Below, piece by piece: positions 63,629 through 64,000 of a DNA stretch of 64,000 bases. Below the pieces are notes generated by a model that searched no databases, was not told where the DNA came from, and saw only the letters and a program-made list of their open reading frames with translations. Every line of letters starts with the position of its first letter. The stretch's first letter is position 1. Both the position numbers and the translations under genes were made by a program. Source of the DNA: an uncultured bacterium (GTDB taxonomy: Bacteria > Fidelibacterota > Marinisomatia > Marinisomatales > UBA1611); assembly GCA_964561495.1 (NCBI GenBank), contig CAZLPW010000003.1, forward strand, positions 13,258 to 77,257, written 5' to 3'.

Positions 63629-64000
63629 ATGTTTAAAAAAGAAAATTTAAAAGATATTACTCTTAGTTTGCTGAATGAAATAGGGGAAAACCCTAATAGG
63701 GAAGGCTTATTAAAAACACCAGAAAGAGTTTCTAAAGCATGGGAGTTTTTTTCTAAAGGCTATAGACAAAATATTAACGATATAATAAATGAAGCTATTT
63801 TTGATGAAGATTCAAAAGATTTAGTCATAGTCCGCGATATTGAATTTTTCTCCTTATGTGAACATCATTTGTTGCCATTTTTTGGACGTGCTCATGTAGG
63901 TTATATTCCAAATGGAAAAGTAATAGGATTGTCAAAAATTCCTAGGCTCGTTGACATGTATGCTAGAAGGCTACAGGTTCAAGAGCGTTTAACTAACCAA
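63629..64000 (+). CDS. folE: GTP cyclohydrolase I (3' end outside the window; absent from the ORF track because no stop is reached)
   Basis: Translation from the ATG at 63629 gives [38 protein letters not shown]...[22 protein letters not shown]...[10 protein letters not shown]. Confidence 0.9.
   Translation, partial: MFKKENLKDITLSLLNEIGENPNREGLLKTPERVSKAWEFFSKGYRQNINDIINEAIFDEDSKDLVIVRDIEFFSLCEHHLLPFFGRAHVGYIPNGKVIGLSKIPRLVDMYARRLQVQERLTNQ

Noticed and set aside
1-64000. Search for CRISPR arrays, IS elements/transposases, integrases, prophage genes, toxin-antitoxin pairs or classical defence genes.
   Set aside because: I recognised no repeat-spacer periodicity, no DDE/tyrosine-recombinase motifs, and no restriction, helicase or nuclease defence-type proteins in any ORF. 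The only sign of past rearrangement is the epimerase remnant at 6883-7284.

Overview
The window is a strongly AT-rich, densely coded bacterial chromosome segment. Nearly all genes are on the + strand, apart from short minus-strand blocks at 35.1-38.1 kb and 43.5-44.6 kb. T9SS-type C-terminal sorting domains (YPNPFNP...) and CarboxypepD_reg-type TonB-dependent receptors point by inference to a marine member of the FCB superphylum (Bacteroidota/Ignavibacteria/Marinimicrobia-like). I cannot assign a taxon from sequence alone.

Contents in order:
- 1-21.2 kb: a large surface-polysaccharide (O-antigen/capsule) locus. It holds two DegT aminotransferases, a GDP-heptose module with a three-domain fusion enzyme, a Wzy-like protein, GT2 and GT4 transferases, a decayed epimerase remnant, a UDP-2-acetamido-2,6-dideoxy-L-hexose module, gmd-fcl, a WbaP-type and a WecA-type priming transferase, two outer-membrane proteins and wecB.
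- 21.2-24.2 kb: a block of lipid-binding and membrane proteins (YceI, two polytopic membrane proteins, a secreted START protein).
- 24.4-31.5 kb: a MarR-OMF-MFP-RND efflux operon with a coupled NAD(P)-binding SDR.
- 31.5-41.6 kb: two paralogous TonB-dependent receptor + DUF4249 lipoprotein cassettes. They flank DUF2231, tRNA-Glu(UUC), grxD, a zinc-ribbon membrane protein and a GT39/ArnT-like transferase.
- 41.6-44.6 kb: xthA, a POTRA-less Omp85-family protein, hemW.
- 44.9-50.7 kb: msbA-like ABC exporter, two tandem TagF-like phosphotransferases, a GT9 heptosyltransferase and a LicC-like nucleotidyltransferase.
- 50.7-53.3 kb: DUF1015, citrate synthase.
- 53.3-59.1 kb: a secreted-protease island (M14 carboxypeptidase with a dockerin-like tail, S8 protease and an unknown protein, both with T9SS CTDs).
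- 59.1-62.4 kb: an operon of hypothetical proteins.
- 62.5-64.0 kb: queD-yhhQ-folE.

I recognised no rRNA, CRISPR array, transposase, integrase or phage gene.

The most unusual observations are:
- the HddC-GmhB-kinase fusion;
- two genes whose only sensible N-terminus starts at ATT directly after the upstream stop codon;
- EF-hand-like acidic loops present in both partners of one TBDR/DUF4249 pair but not the other;
- a teichoic-acid-like (TagF-like) module embedded in LPS-core/MsbA genes;
- a dockerin-like module next to T9SS cargo.

All family assignments come from motif recognition by eye. No database search was run.
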